IMG/VR virus record: IMGVR_UViG_3300014656_000015
Direction: 5' to 3' (one strand)
Length of the DNA stretch: 64,000 nt
Source: a virus
In this document: positions 37,623 through 47,762 of the stretch, piece after piece
Position numbering within the stretch: the stretch's first letter is position 1
Layout of the letters: every line of letters begins with the position of its first letter
The notes under the pieces: model-generated
The model's input: only the letters and a program-made list of their open reading frames with translations
What the model was told of the DNA's origin: nothing
The model's database searches: none
Position numbers and translations under genes: made by a program

Positions 37623-38465
37623 CTATGGGCTTTCCAGCTGATCCGCTCCGATTACCAAGGTGACCGTGAACGGATCCGTGTCCATTGGCTCGACTTCCCA
37701 GTCCGCGCCCGGTTCCGTGTTGGGGCGCTTCCTACCTTGAGGAAATTCTACAGCACCGCCCCCGGCTTGCACATAGCCCGTACCACGACCCCCCATATTT
37801 ATCATGGGAGTGTGGCGCTGCGACGGGTCCGGGGCAGCGGTGAGCGCGAGCTCGATGCTACGGAGCACGTGCGTCATCTTTTCCGTAACGGTGACCCCGT
37901 AGTGAAAGGCCATCGGGGTGGCAATGTTGGTGTTGATCACCTCGGGCCAGGTCGCACCCTGCACGAGCTGACCCGGGTCCGAGGGTGGGTTCACCTGGAT
38001 GCGCTGCCCCACATCGTGAAACCCACACTTCATCAGGATCCTGCGGAGCGCCCAGAGATGGACCGCGCAGAACCAGGCCAGCATCATCGACTCGTATCGC
38101 TCCTTGGCCAGGCAGTTGACGAAGAGGTAGCCCGTACACAGGTCCACGTGGGTCCGCGCCCCCGTGCTCATTTGCTCGTACAGGAGCTGGTCCATGCCGA
38201 GCCCCTGGAAGCCGACCGCGGACACGTTGACGACGATGACCGGCATCTTTTCCAGGACCTCCTGGTTGACCGGGAAGTTGGAGGTGATGCGGAGCTCGGA
38301 CGAGGACTCCTCCCGGTTGAAACGGAACGAGCCTGGAGGCGCGGATTCGAACAGCTTCTGGAAGAACAGGATGGCGAGGCGCTCCGCGTGCAGGATGGGG
38401 TTGACGGCCCAGCTGCTGATCGGACCCGATGGTCGGTCCGGAGCCTCACCGATCTTCCCGGTCAC
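37623..38465 (-). CDS. putative tail completion/neck protein
   Basis: Upstream of the sheath; EKMPVIVV, NCLAKERYES pattern. Confidence 0.55.
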   Translation of the reverse strand: MTGKIGEAPDRPSGPISSWAVNPILHAERLAILFFQKLFESAPPGSFRFNREESSSELRITSNFPVNQEVLEKMPVIVVNVSAVGFQGLGMDQLLYEQMSTGARTHVDLCTGYLFVNCLAKERYESMMLAWFCAVHLWALRRILMKCGFHDVGQRIQVNPPSDPGQLVQGATWPEVINTNIATPMAFHYGVTVTEKMTHVLRSIELALTAAPDPSQRHTPMINMGGRGTGYVQAGGGAVEFPQGRKRPNTEPGADWEVEPMDTDPFTVTLVIGADQLESP

Positions 38466-38979
38466 GTCGCTCCTGTCCTTCCCGGTATGCCTCCTCCATG
38501 AGCTTCTTCTTTTGCTTCTGCATCTCGTGATACAGGAAGCCGGTCGCGGCCCCGCCGACTACGGGGAGACCTACGGCCAGTGCCTTGCCTAACCTGGAGG
38601 CTTGTGGCCGGGCATAGGGCTTTGCCAGCAGCTTGAGCGCACGATGCGCACCGTAGCCCAGTCCGGATCCGAGACCGATGACACCGGCGGTCAGCAGGGC
38701 CTGTCGCAGCGTGTCCCGGTTCATGGGTAGCGGATCCGGCAGCTCGGTCGCCAGCTTCCGGAGCTCGTCGGCGAAGCCGGCCGCCACGGGTCGTGCGAGC
38801 GCGCCGGTCTTCCGACGCTCCTCTTCCTCCCCCCTCTGCCTCAGCACCGCCGGGGCCTGCTGCAACGCCTCGGTCCCCAGCTCCTTCATTGGCTGCCGGG
38901 GAAGGTGCGGTAGCCGTAGATGAGGAAGGCCCCTGTATGAAGAGGGCCCGGGCAATGCCAGCTCTTCCAGGAGACGCAT
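38446..38979 (-). CDS. putative internal head protein with Gly-zipper helices
   Basis: GFADELRKLA tag followed by two GxxxG-rich hydrophobic segments. Confidence 0.65.
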   Translation of the reverse strand: MRLLEELALPGPSSYRGLPHLRLPHLPRQPMKELGTEALQQAPAVLRQRGEEEERRKTGALARPVAAGFADELRKLATELPDPLPMNRDTLRQALLTAGVIGLGSGLGYGAHRALKLLAKPYARPQASRLGKALAVGLPVVGGAATGFLYHEMQKQKKKLMEEAYREGQERRDREDR

Positions 38980-38984
38980 CGTGC

Positions 38985-39866
38985 TCACTGATTCCCCCAA
39001 CCCCGGAGCATGTGGTCGCACAGCACCGGGTCATCGGTGGCCTCCAGGCTGTGCGGGTTCGTGTAGGTCCGGGGTGGATTGGCCTCGAAGTTACGGATGT
39101 CGTCCAGGTTCACGGGCAGCCTGTACACGATGTCGGACTCCGGCAATTCGTGAATCACGAACTCCTGATGCAGTGTGGCCCGGAGCCGTTCCGTGCTGGA
39201 CAGGCTCGTCACCTCCCAGCGCCGATTCTCGGCCTCGATCAACACATCGTGTGGCTTGATCGGGGGAAAGAATGGCATGCGTCCCGTCGTGTTTCGCTCC
39301 TGCGTCTCCCCGGTTGACGTCATCCGAGTATGCTTCGGGCTCGGGTCGATCTGGAGCCGGCTCAGGATCGGGGAATGGTACCCACGCGTGAACCCCTTCC
39401 CGTAACAGGTCAAGCAGTTCGATCGTAGCTTGCTGCCGGTGACCGGGTCGTAGCAGTTGGGGCAGCGCTGACCAAAGGTCCGGACCGGGTAGACCAGGAC
39501 GGCTCGGCCAATGTATTCCTGGAACAGCAACGCCTCCAGCCGCCGAACCTCGATGGCCTCCAGGTTGGGCCGGGGCTCGCGGGCCGCGATGTCGGAGTAC
39601 GTCGTCTGGCTCGAGACGATGTGCCGGATCCGTATCCGGTAGAACAGGGTCCGCCACCGGTGAAAGGGGAGGGAGCGAATGTCCCGGTACTGGTACTTGT
39701 CCGAGAACTCCTGGCTGAGCTGGTCCCAGGGCCCGCCCGGGGACTCGCTACGTTCCACCACGAAGCCATAATCCAGCGGGTCCTCGACCGTGCTCTCGAT
39801 CTCCCAGAAGAGATCGAGGCAGTCCACGAGGAAGGATTTGACCCGGAGCTTTCGGACTACAAGCAT
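38985..39866 (-). CDS. putative neck/head-closure protein with Zn finger
   Basis: GQRCPNCYD...CLTCYGKGF..GY; located in the neck cluster. Confidence 0.65.
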   Translation of the reverse strand: MLVVRKLRVKSFLVDCLDLFWEIESTVEDPLDYGFVVERSESPGGPWDQLSQEFSDKYQYRDIRSLPFHRWRTLFYRIRIRHIVSSQTTYSDIAAREPRPNLEAIEVRRLEALLFQEYIGRAVLVYPVRTFGQRCPNCYDPVTGSKLRSNCLTCYGKGFTRGYHSPILSRLQIDPSPKHTRMTSTGETQERNTTGRMPFFPPIKPHDVLIEAENRRWEVTSLSSTERLRATLHQEFVIHELPESDIVYRLPVNLDDIRNFEANPPRTYTNPHSLEATDDPVLCDHMLRGWGNQ

Positions 39867-41173
39867 CAGTCTACCGCTTTGTTCCTGAGCCTCTTCCTGT
39901 AGGTCGCCATCGCGTCATCCAGGAGTTGGTTTGTCAGCGGACCCGGGGGTGTTGGCTCCAGCATCCGCTGAAGACGCATCTCCTTCTGAGTCACACGGAC
40001 CAACTTTTCGATCGGGCTGGACATAGTCAGGGTGTGCCCGCCGAAGGCACCCAGTCCAGCCCCGATTACAGCACTGTTCAGGGCGGCTCGGGCCCTATCC
40101 CCGGGTTTCTTGTTCTTGGAGTTGAGAGCCGCGAGTCCCCCCATTACAGGTGCAGTAATCCCAGCCCCGATCAGAGCACCCCTACCGGATCCCTCCTTTG
40201 ACTGGTTCCAGTTCTCATAGGTCCGGAGCACGCCCCGTTCCGCCGCAGCCGCCACCTTGGTCCTGAACGGGATCTGCTTGACCCTGTGTACCTGTTGCGC
40301 AAGGGGACGCTTCAACGCCTCCACGGCCTGCTGCACCAGCCGATTCGCCTCCTCGGGGGAGACGGTGCGGGACCCGCTCTTCTGAAGCTCACGCAGCGCC
40401 ATGATCTCGTCGAGCAGGGTACCCGGGATGGTATCCCCCTTCAACTGACGGAGCTGGGTCAGGTCCTTCTCCAGGCCGGTCAACCGCTTCTGCGCCACAT
40501 CTCGTCCGGACCGTTCCATGCGGGAACCGAGTCCGAAGCCTCCGGTACGCTTGGCCAGGTGATAGCCTCCGGCCATGCCGCCGCCACCGCCAAGGATCGC
40601 CCCCAGAGTGGGCGCGACACGACGCAGCCCGGGTGCGAGCCGGCCCAACCCGGCCCCTGCCAGCGCACCGAGCCCGGCCCCGACCGCGGAGCCGCCTAGG
40701 GCTCCCAGGGCCTGACCCGCTCCCTCCCCCCGTGCCCGCCCCTCCTGCGCTGCCTCCTCCGGATCGAGCGGCGTCCGCCTTGGCTCGACCTGGTGATGGT
40801 AGAGATGTTGGGGGCCGGCCATCTGCATCTCGAGGTCCGGCTCCTCCTGCTGACGCATCAACATGGCCAGCCGGAGACTGTTCGGATAGATCATCGACCC
40901 ATAGGGGTCATAGCCGAAGTCCTGGGCCGTCTTGGAGAAGATGATGGGGTCCGTGTCCGGGTGCTCCCGGTCCGGCTTCCGCTCCTGCATCCCCTCCGTA
41001 TCCTCGATGTGTGGCTTCGTGGAGAGCTTCTCGTCTGCTACGGCCTCGGCTCGAGACAGGTCCTTGGCCTCGGGCAGCTTCATGCCCCGGAGGATACGAT
41101 CGATTTGATCCGCGGCCGTCTTCGGCTTGCCGATGACGAACTCGTCGAGGTTCTGTGCTCCGGTGCGGGTCAT
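39866..41173 (-). CDS. putative internal head protein with Gly-zipper segments
   Basis: KTA, KSG, KVA, KEG sites; two pairs of Gly-rich helices. Confidence 0.65.
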   Translation of the reverse strand: MTRTGAQNLDEFVIGKPKTAADQIDRILRGMKLPEAKDLSRAEAVADEKLSTKPHIEDTEGMQERKPDREHPDTDPIIFSKTAQDFGYDPYGSMIYPNSLRLAMLMRQQEEPDLEMQMAGPQHLYHHQVEPRRTPLDPEEAAQEGRARGEGAGQALGALGGSAVGAGLGALAGAGLGRLAPGLRRVAPTLGAILGGGGGMAGGYHLAKRTGGFGLGSRMERSGRDVAQKRLTGLEKDLTQLRQLKGDTIPGTLLDEIMALRELQKSGSRTVSPEEANRLVQQAVEALKRPLAQQVHRVKQIPFRTKVAAAAERGVLRTYENWNQSKEGSGRGALIGAGITAPVMGGLAALNSKNKKPGDRARAALNSAVIGAGLGAFGGHTLTMSSPIEKLVRVTQKEMRLQRMLEPTPPGPLTNQLLDDAMATYRKRLRNKAVD

Positions 41174-41174
41174 C

Positions 41175-42407
41175 TTACTTTCCCTTCCTGATGGCCTTGA
41201 GACCGAGCCGACCCAGGCTCTCCGCGGGGACACCGAGGAAGGCACCGGCTAGCAGGCCCTTCTTGAGACCGCCACCCACCGCACCTGCCGGGTGCTCCCG
41301 CCCCGCACGTTCGGTGCGCAGCATGTGCTTGAGGTCGGCCAGCCGCTCCTCCTCCTTGTAGGAGGGATCCCGCTGGGCCCGGAGCGCGTGCTCCTGGATG
41401 TCCCCGATCAGCTTCAGCTCTTTCGAGCTCGGCACCTCCTTGCCGTAACGCTTCTGGTGCGCGATTCGCTTGACCATTTCGTACCCGCCCAACGCACCGG
41501 CCCCGATGCCCATGGCGGCGAGGTGCCCCTTCATGCCCAGGGCACTCTCCTTGGCCAGCATCGCTTCCCGGAGCGAGCCCTGCTTCACCGCTGCCCCCTG
41601 CTGCCCCATCTGCTGCTCGCGCTGCATCGCTTCCTCAGCCTGCTGCTTCTGGAGCGCGGCGTTCTGCTCCGCCTTCTCGGCTTGGTTCACCTCACGCTGT
41701 GCCTTCGAGGTAGCCGGCTGAGCCTGCTGCTGTTGCTGTTGGGGCTGGCCCGTTTGATCCTGCATCCCCATTTGCGCCGCCTGTTGCTGCGCGTCACCCT
41801 GCAGCGCCTGGATCGTCTGTTGCTGCTGTGCCTCGATCTGCTGACGCTCAGCCGGAGAGTACGCCGCGACCTGCTTCAGCTGCTGCGCGAGCTGGTCCGC
41901 AGCCTGCATCAGCTCCTGCCGGTGCTGCTGCTGGTTCATGGTCTCCGCCATCGCCGAGTCCTGGGCCTGGATCGCCTGCATCGTCATGGCTTGCCGTGCG
42001 GCAGCCTCCTGCTGGAGCTGGAGCTGGAGCTGTTGCGCCTGTTGCGCCTGCGCCATGCTCTCCTGCTGCGCCTGTGCCAGCATGGCCTCGGCCTCGTCGT
42101 TTCGGGCCTGAAGCTCCTGCACGGCTTGCTGCAACATGGCGCGTTCCGACTCCATCTCCTGGAGCTGGACGGCGCGAGCCATCTCCGGGTCCTGCAGCGC
42201 CTCGAGCTCCTCCGGAGCCAGCTCGACATCACCCTCGACCTGGGCGTGCTTCTGGATCATGTGCTCGAGCCGGAGCCGGGCCAGGCCTGCCGTCTTGGTC
42301 AGCTCCTGTGGAGCGGGCCGAGCCAGGTTGTGGAACGAGGTCATGAAGCCGGCCGCGACTCCCCACGGAATGGGCTCACCATTGACGTACTTGTCCAATG
42401 CCGACAT
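41175..42407 (-). CDS. Gln-rich coiled-coil virion protein
   Basis: Poly-Q coiled coil; KTA, KHA, KQG sites; C-terminal Gly-zippers. Confidence 0.7.
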   Translation of the reverse strand: MSALDKYVNGEPIPWGVAAGFMTSFHNLARPAPQELTKTAGLARLRLEHMIQKHAQVEGDVELAPEELEALQDPEMARAVQLQEMESERAMLQQAVQELQARNDEAEAMLAQAQQESMAQAQQAQQLQLQLQQEAAARQAMTMQAIQAQDSAMAETMNQQQHRQELMQAADQLAQQLKQVAAYSPAERQQIEAQQQQTIQALQGDAQQQAAQMGMQDQTGQPQQQQQQAQPATSKAQREVNQAEKAEQNAALQKQQAEEAMQREQQMGQQGAAVKQGSLREAMLAKESALGMKGHLAAMGIGAGALGGYEMVKRIAHQKRYGKEVPSSKELKLIGDIQEHALRAQRDPSYKEEERLADLKHMLRTERAGREHPAGAVGGGLKKGLLAGAFLGVPAESLGRLGLKAIRKGK

Positions 42408-42416
42408 CTCGTCCTC

Positions 42417-42902
42417 CTACGTATCCAGGATCACGACCCACCGCTCGGTCGGATCATGACTCGATTCGATGCGGACCACGTTGGCCAAGGCGATCAAGGC
42501 CTGGGTCTGGTCCGCGGCGGGTGCCACGTTGAACCCGAGCGCGGCGTTCCCCGTTCCGGTATTGCGTACGATGATGGCGGGGTCGCTGAACAGGCGGAGG
42601 TAGCGATGCTTCGTGCCCCGACCCGGAGGGTGCGACGTGTCGTAACGCTCCGGAACGTGGAGCGAGGCGACCCCCGCCATGCCGGCCGTGGCCAGGATCT
42701 GAGCCAGGATCTCGTCCGCGGTCCAGTTCCGGCCAAGGGCCGGTGCGAAGGTCACGGTCCGGTCCACACCGCCAGCGTTGACGATGAGCGTCAGCCCGTC
42801 GACATTGGCTCCGCTTGGGTGCAGATTGACCGTGCCCAGAACGGCCCCATTGAGGAAGTCAACGAGCTCCCGTTCCGTCTGGAATCGTCTGCTGCTCCAC
42901 AT
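42417..42902 (-). CDS. virion structural protein
   Basis: MWSSRRFQTE; resembles the insertion-domain repeats of the sheath (LTLIVN...TADEILAQI). Confidence 0.65.
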   Translation of the reverse strand: MWSSRRFQTERELVDFLNGAVLGTVNLHPSGANVDGLTLIVNAGGVDRTVTFAPALGRNWTADEILAQILATAGMAGVASLHVPERYDTSHPPGRGTKHRYLRLFSDPAIIVRNTGTGNAALGFNVAPAADQTQALIALANVVRIESSHDPTERWVVILDT

Positions 42903-42907
42903 TCGTC

Positions 42908-43432
42908 CTACCCCGCTGTCTCGTCGGAGAACCCATGGATCAGAAGCAGCTCGGAGTGCGCCCCGACCCCGGAACCCATCATCTGGGAGATGTTCTCGGC
43001 GATCTTCGTGTCCCGTATCCAGGGGTCCCACTGACTCCGCATGATCCCGATCCAGCTCTGGAGCAGTGGGGTCTTGTCGGAGACCGCCACGTTGAGCCCG
43101 CCGTCGCTGAACGGCAGGTGATTCCTGGTTTGAAGGATGCCGACCTGGGCCAGGAGGTGGGCCACGGAGCCCGTGAGTAACGGATGTGCCCAACCCCTGG
43201 AGATGAAGTCCTCCACCGTGTAGATGCCCAGGGGTGGCGGACGCGAGCTGAACTCGGAGAGCGCGCCCATGACGGCGAACGCGATCATCATGTCCGAGCT
43301 CTCCTCACCATCCACGAGCCGGTTCAGCTCGGCGAAGTCCCGAACGAAGAGGCGGACCTGTGCCACGACGTCGTTGAACGTTGCCGACGCCCCGGGTATT
43401 GCAGGTCTCGACAGGCCCTGGAGCCTAGCCAT
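42908..43432 (-). CDS. putative head-tail adaptor
   Basis: VRLFVRD..ELNRL...FSDGGLNV pattern; just downstream of the capsid genes. Confidence 0.6.
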   Translation of the reverse strand: MARLQGLSRPAIPGASATFNDVVAQVRLFVRDFAELNRLVDGEESSDMMIAFAVMGALSEFSSRPPPLGIYTVEDFISRGWAHPLLTGSVAHLLAQVGILQTRNHLPFSDGGLNVAVSDKTPLLQSWIGIMRSQWDPWIRDTKIAENISQMMGSGVGAHSELLLIHGFSDETAG

Positions 43433-43724
43433 GCCCCTTCTTCACCTTCCTGGACCGCTTCGAGTCCAGCACCTCGGCATCATCGGGGTCCGCCTCGACC
43501 GGTGCCGATGTCTCGGGCGCCTCCTGCTGAGTATACCATCCCGGGACGTGGTCCACGCTCACCTTGGACGCATGGATCCAACCCGAGATCCTGGCGAGTG
43601 GGATCTGGTCCGGCAGCTCACAGCTCTGACCAGCCTCGACGATGAATCCGTCGATGGCCAGGGCCTCAGGCTTCCGTTGCGGCAAGTAGGGCGGGGTCCG
43701 ATCCGTCAGGTTGTGGATCCTCAT
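43425..43724 (-). CDS. hypothetical virion-region protein
   Basis: ATGA-coupled ORF. Confidence 0.6.
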   Translation of the reverse strand: MRIHNLTDRTPPYLPQRKPEALAIDGFIVEAGQSCELPDQIPLARISGWIHASKVSVDHVPGWYTQQEAPETSAPVEADPDDAEVLDSKRSRKVKKGHG

Positions 43725-44269
43725 GACAGAAGCTCCGCAAGCTCCGCCTTCTTGAGCTTGCTCAGGTCACTTGCGGTGCGCCCGGTGCGCTCCACCGCCA
43801 TCTCCACCAGGGTGCTCTTCGTCAACGCCATCAAATCGTCCGGCCCCGCACCCTCGTCCCCATCGTCTTCGGGCTCCTCATCGAGGAAGCCCAGGACATC
43901 CTCGGAGCTCGCGGCCACCAGTTCCTTAACTGCCTCCGGCTCCTTGGGCGCCTCCGGCTCCTTGGGCGCCTCCGGCTCCTCGATCCGTTCGGGCTCCTTC
44001 GGTTCGGGGACCGGCACATCGGCAGCGCCGAAGCCAAAGATGGGTCCGGACGGCCCCCCGACACGGACCTGGATGCGTCCATCGATCTGCAGCTGATGCA
44101 GGCGGTCCCAGTGCCGCCTGACCTGCTCCTCGCTCAGCTCGATCCCCCGGTTGCGGGCGATCCGCAGAGAGCCGAAGAGGAAGGGCGATACCCGGTTATA
44201 GGGCGCCGCCACCCGAGCCGCCTTGGTGGCGATCTTGCGTCCCGTGTTGTGCACATAGTACTTGGTCAT
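43721..44269 (-). CDS. hypothetical protein with C-terminal Rho-N/HeH-like motif
   Basis: LMALTKSTLVEMA...LSKLKKAELAELL; EPEAPK repeats; GGAGG RBS. Confidence 0.65.
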   Translation of the reverse strand: MTKYYVHNTGRKIATKAARVAAPYNRVSPFLFGSLRIARNRGIELSEEQVRRHWDRLHQLQIDGRIQVRVGGPSGPIFGFGAADVPVPEPKEPERIEEPEAPKEPEAPKEPEAVKELVAASSEDVLGFLDEEPEDDGDEGAGPDDLMALTKSTLVEMAVERTGRTASDLSKLKKAELAELLS

Positions 44270-44279
44270 CTCAACCTCC

Positions 44280-44319
44280 AAAAAAGAGGGCGCGGCGCCG
44301 TGTCTGGCACCGCGCCCTC
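44280..44319 (-). terminator. intrinsic terminator after the major capsid gene
   Basis: GAGGGCGCGG...CCGCGCCCTC stem followed by T6. Confidence 0.85.
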
Positions 44320-44349
44320 AAGGCGCTCACAGTTGTTCTCCACCGGGGC

Positions 44350-45474
44350 CTAGTAGAAGTAGACCCTGGGGAAGTACACCTCGTCCTCGACCCGATGGTT
44401 CATGGCGCCGAGGTCTTCTTCGTCCACCGGTGTCACGGAGCCCGCCGCCACGATGCCGTCCGCGTCGGTAGCCGTGGCATCACCGCTGAACAGCTCCATC
44501 TTGCGGACCGAGGCCACGTTGATGATGGACATCGCGATGGTCTCCCAGGCCTGCCACGTGATCTGGTTGAAGTGCTTGTCGATGAAGAACTTGGTGGCGT
44601 TCAGCACGTAGAACCGCCCCAGGAACTCCTCATCGGTGAAGCCGTACACGTTGCCGGGCCGAAGGATGTCGGTCTTGATGGTGCGGATGTAGCCGCGACC
44701 CACGAGCTTCTCGTAGGTGTAGCCGTCCACCGCGGTCTCGCTCTGCAGCTTGTCGCCGAAGTCCTCGACGGTCCACGTGTTGATCGAGTCGAAGTCGTAC
44801 TCGGTCAGCAAGATGCGGGTGCAGCGGAGCTTGTTTCCGTCCAGCAGCTGATGCAGCCGGACCGCATCGTCCCGCTGGAACGGCCAGACCCTGGCGTCGT
44901 TGTTGATGTCGGCCCGGGCCAGGATGCCCTTGCGGACCGAGCTCTCGACCACGGTGCCCGCCGTGATCGTGGTCTCGTGGAGCGAGGTGACCGCGCCGCC
45001 GTTGGCCTCTTGCTGCAGGGCCTGGACCGCGGCCTCGCAGTGCGTGAGGAACTCGAGGTCTTCGACCTCCTGGATGTCCTTGGCCGAGTTGTCCTCCACG
45101 ACCTTGGTGATCTTCATCCGGTACGCCTGGAGCTCCTCCTCGTAGGCCTCGAACCGCTCCGACGAGATGGTCAGGAACGGGATCTCGACCCGGGGCGCAC
45201 GGATCAGCCGAGCGTCGGGCTGGCCGCGGAACGGCAGGACCATGGCCCGGCTCTCCGGCTCGAGCTGCTCGATGATGGTCAGCGTGTCCTGATGCACGCT
45301 GGGCTTGCACTCCTCCGGGGTCACGTTCTTCGGCTCGATGATCTTGCCGCAGAACCGCTCCTCACGGAGGTGGTCCCGGATGTACTCGCCGCCCAGCTGG
45401 GCATGCTTGGCCTTGCCCTCCGGGGTGTCGAGCTTGCCGAGGAAGTTCATGTTGTAGAATGTGACGTCGGACAT
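44350..45474 (-). CDS. major capsid protein (HK97-fold)
   Basis: 374 aa; IRDHLREERFCGKII, DIQEVED..FL; position after scaffold/decoration genes; strong RBS and terminator. Confidence 0.8.
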   Translation of the reverse strand: MSDVTFYNMNFLGKLDTPEGKAKHAQLGGEYIRDHLREERFCGKIIEPKNVTPEECKPSVHQDTLTIIEQLEPESRAMVLPFRGQPDARLIRAPRVEIPFLTISSERFEAYEEELQAYRMKITKVVEDNSAKDIQEVEDLEFLTHCEAAVQALQQEANGGAVTSLHETTITAGTVVESSVRKGILARADINNDARVWPFQRDDAVRLHQLLDGNKLRCTRILLTEYDFDSINTWTVEDFGDKLQSETAVDGYTYEKLVGRGYIRTIKTDILRPGNVYGFTDEEFLGRFYVLNATKFFIDKHFNQITWQAWETIAMSIINVASVRKMELFSGDATATDADGIVAAGSVTPVDEEDLGAMNHRVEDEVYFPRVYFY

Positions 45475-45493
45475 TGTGCTCCTCCTTCCTTCC

Positions 45494-45955
45494 TCAGCTC
45501 GCCGTGTACAGGAACTGGAGCCAGTCCCCGTTCGAAGCCGCGGTTCGGATGACCTGCCCGATGACCGGGTTCGCGCCAGCCGCGTGGGTCTGCAGCCCGC
45601 TCTTGGTCAGCGTCAGGTAGGTGACGTCGGCCACCTCCAGGATCGCACCGAGCGCTGGGGGTGCAGCCGTGTTGAAGATCTTGGTCTCGCCCAGGAAGGT
45701 GCCACCCATGATGAGCGGGACCTTGCGGGCGCCCTGCGTGTCGGACCTGCCCTTCTCGCTCCACAGCACGAAGGGTCCCGGCCGGACGCCGGGGTTGGCC
45801 GCACGGACCACCTTGTTGGTGGCGTTGATCGTGAGCCATTCCCCGTGCTCGAGCGGGTTCGCGTTCTCGAAGTTGAGAAGCGTCAGGTCGTTGGGCTCGT
45901 ACCTGCGAATGAGGAGCCCGATCGAGGGGCTCTTCAGTCTGAATGTCTGGACCAT
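45494..45955 (-). CDS. capsid decoration/cement-like protein
   Basis: 153 aa beta-rich protein immediately upstream of the MCP. Confidence 0.6.
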   Translation of the reverse strand: MVQTFRLKSPSIGLLIRRYEPNDLTLLNFENANPLEHGEWLTINATNKVVRAANPGVRPGPFVLWSEKGRSDTQGARKVPLIMGGTFLGETKIFNTAAPPALGAILEVADVTYLTLTKSGLQTHAAGANPVIGQVIRTAASNGDWLQFLYTAS

Positions 45956-46006
45956 CTCACCTCACCTTTTCCTTCACAGTTGGGTCGTTTCCAGCCCGGT
46001 GCCCTC

Positions 46007-46369
46007 TCAGCCCATCACGAAGCTGTCCAGATCCTCCCCAGCACCCGGAGGAACGTCCCCCGCATGCCCGAGAGGCCGACCGCTCGCACTGAGCTCGACA
46101 GCCTGCTTGACCAGCTCGAGCTTGCCCTCGGCAGCCTTTCCCAGCAGGAAGATACGGGTCTCTTCCGGGGTACGACCGCTGTCGAGCCCACGAGCATGGA
46201 TCGTCTCGGCCAGCTTGGTGACCTCGTTGCTCAGCTGGAACTGAGCCAGCTTCACGCGGAGGCTTCGGTTCTCGCTGACGAGTCGATCCCGTTCGCTGGC
46301 CACCTTCAGCATGGCCTCTGCCCCGAGCCGGAGCATGCGCTGAACATCCACAGAGCTCAGCTTCTCCAT
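46007..46369 (-). CDS. head scaffold-like protein
   Basis: Coiled coil; KLS, KVA, KLA sites. Confidence 0.6.
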   Translation of the reverse strand: MEKLSSVDVQRMLRLGAEAMLKVASERDRLVSENRSLRVKLAQFQLSNEVTKLAETIHARGLDSGRTPEETRIFLLGKAAEGKLELVKQAVELSASGRPLGHAGDVPPGAGEDLDSFVMG

Positions 46370-46381
46370 TCTCCGCCTCCT

Positions 46382-47461
46382 TCAGGCCCGGACCGAATCC
46401 GGATTGTGGTCTGCGGTCGGAGCGGATCCAGCCTGCCCCACCTTCCGCATCCCGAGCCTCGATGCTACCTTGCATGCCTGGCAGGGCTCGTTCGAGCTGT
46501 CCGTACTGCAGGTGCAGCCCCGGCTCGCCAGCTTCTGCAGGATCGACCGGGCCGCGGCCACCTTGGCCCCGGCTTCGTCGACCACATCGGCACCCAGCGC
46601 ATTGTCCAGCGTCTTGTCGGTGGCACTGGACATGGCGGGTTCCTCGAGCACCTCGCCCAACTGCTTCTTCGGCACTGCCATGGCCTCTGCCTTCGTGAGG
46701 TCGATCGCGGCCTCATTCGACTGCAGCGCCTTCTCCTGGCTCGTGACCTCGGCAGGACGCTTCACCTGATCCGGCTGGTCCTCAGGGAAGCCGGTGCCTT
46801 TCACGTGAGAGGTCTGGATGTCCGCGGCCTCGCTCTCCGCCGCGGCCTTACGGAGCTGCAGCGCGGCCCGCTTCATACGGGTCACGATGCTGCTCTCCTT
46901 GGTGCTGCCCTGGAAGTGGAGCGGGTTGGGCGGCATCTCGATCTCGGCGTCGGTCTTCGGACTGGCCGCCGCCGCAAGCGGGTTCGCACCGGGCTCCATC
47001 TTGTCGGACGGGCCCGGTACCTTGGCTTGCCCCAGCAGATCCTGGGGCATGGCCTCGGTGTGCGGCTGGTCATGGTCGGTGGGAATCGTGTTCGGGCCAT
47101 GCCCCGGGCCCGAATCGGCCCCGGCCTCCGTCGCCGTCTTCAGACGGGGGCCGGACGGGAACTGGATCCGGTGGAGGTGGTCCGCGAGGTAGGTCATGGC
47201 CCCGGCCAGCTTGGCCAAACGGGCCGAGCTGGTCTTCTCCTGCTCCGAGACCTGTTCCTCCCGAGCCTCATCCTTCACCTCTTTCTCGGCGCATTCCGCG
47301 CAGAGCTCTTTGCCCTCCACCGCCGGTCGGCCGCACTTCTTGCAGGTGGTAGCACCCTCCTGCGCATCGGCAGCATCTTCGGCGATCTTGGACAGACCAA
47401 TCGAGCCGCTCTCGTTGAGCGCGGCTTCGATCAGGTCCTTGATCGTGGGAGCTGGCATCAT
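46382..47461 (-). CDS. head scaffold/core-like protein
   Basis: Low-complexity sequence with many K-x-A sites and Cys pairs. Confidence 0.65.
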   Translation of the reverse strand: MMPAPTIKDLIEAALNESGSIGLSKIAEDAADAQEGATTCKKCGRPAVEGKELCAECAEKEVKDEAREEQVSEQEKTSSARLAKLAGAMTYLADHLHRIQFPSGPRLKTATEAGADSGPGHGPNTIPTDHDQPHTEAMPQDLLGQAKVPGPSDKMEPGANPLAAAASPKTDAEIEMPPNPLHFQGSTKESSIVTRMKRAALQLRKAAAESEAADIQTSHVKGTGFPEDQPDQVKRPAEVTSQEKALQSNEAAIDLTKAEAMAVPKKQLGEVLEEPAMSSATDKTLDNALGADVVDEAGAKVAAARSILQKLASRGCTCSTDSSNEPCQACKVASRLGMRKVGQAGSAPTADHNPDSVRA

Positions 47462-47473
47462 TTCCTCCTCGAA

Positions 47474-47755
47474 TCAGACTGCCTGCGGCGGTGGAACGGC
47501 GCCCTGACCCTGGGTCAGCGCGTTAGTCGTTCCGGGTACCTTGGTATGGACCGCCGTGTAGTTGGTCTTCTGGAGAGTGGTGCCCTGCAGCGCCTTCCCG
47601 ATCACCTTCTTCGCGGTGATCGGGGTGTTCTGCAGAGCGTTCTGACCACCGAGGAGCCCACCCGGAGTCGGAGGAGCCTTGATCGCGGGGCTGCTCACCG
47701 CCGCGATCTTCTCCAGCTCATCCAGGAATGCTCCCATGGTCACCATCTCCAACAC
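47474..47755 (-). CDS. small putative internal head protein
   Basis: GAFLDELEKIA tag near the N-terminus. Confidence 0.65.
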   Translation of the reverse strand: MLEMVTMGAFLDELEKIAAVSSPAIKAPPTPGGLLGGQNALQNTPITAKKVIGKALQGTTLQKTNYTAVHTKVPGTTNALTQGQGAVPPPQAV

Positions 47756-47762
47756 GGTGCGC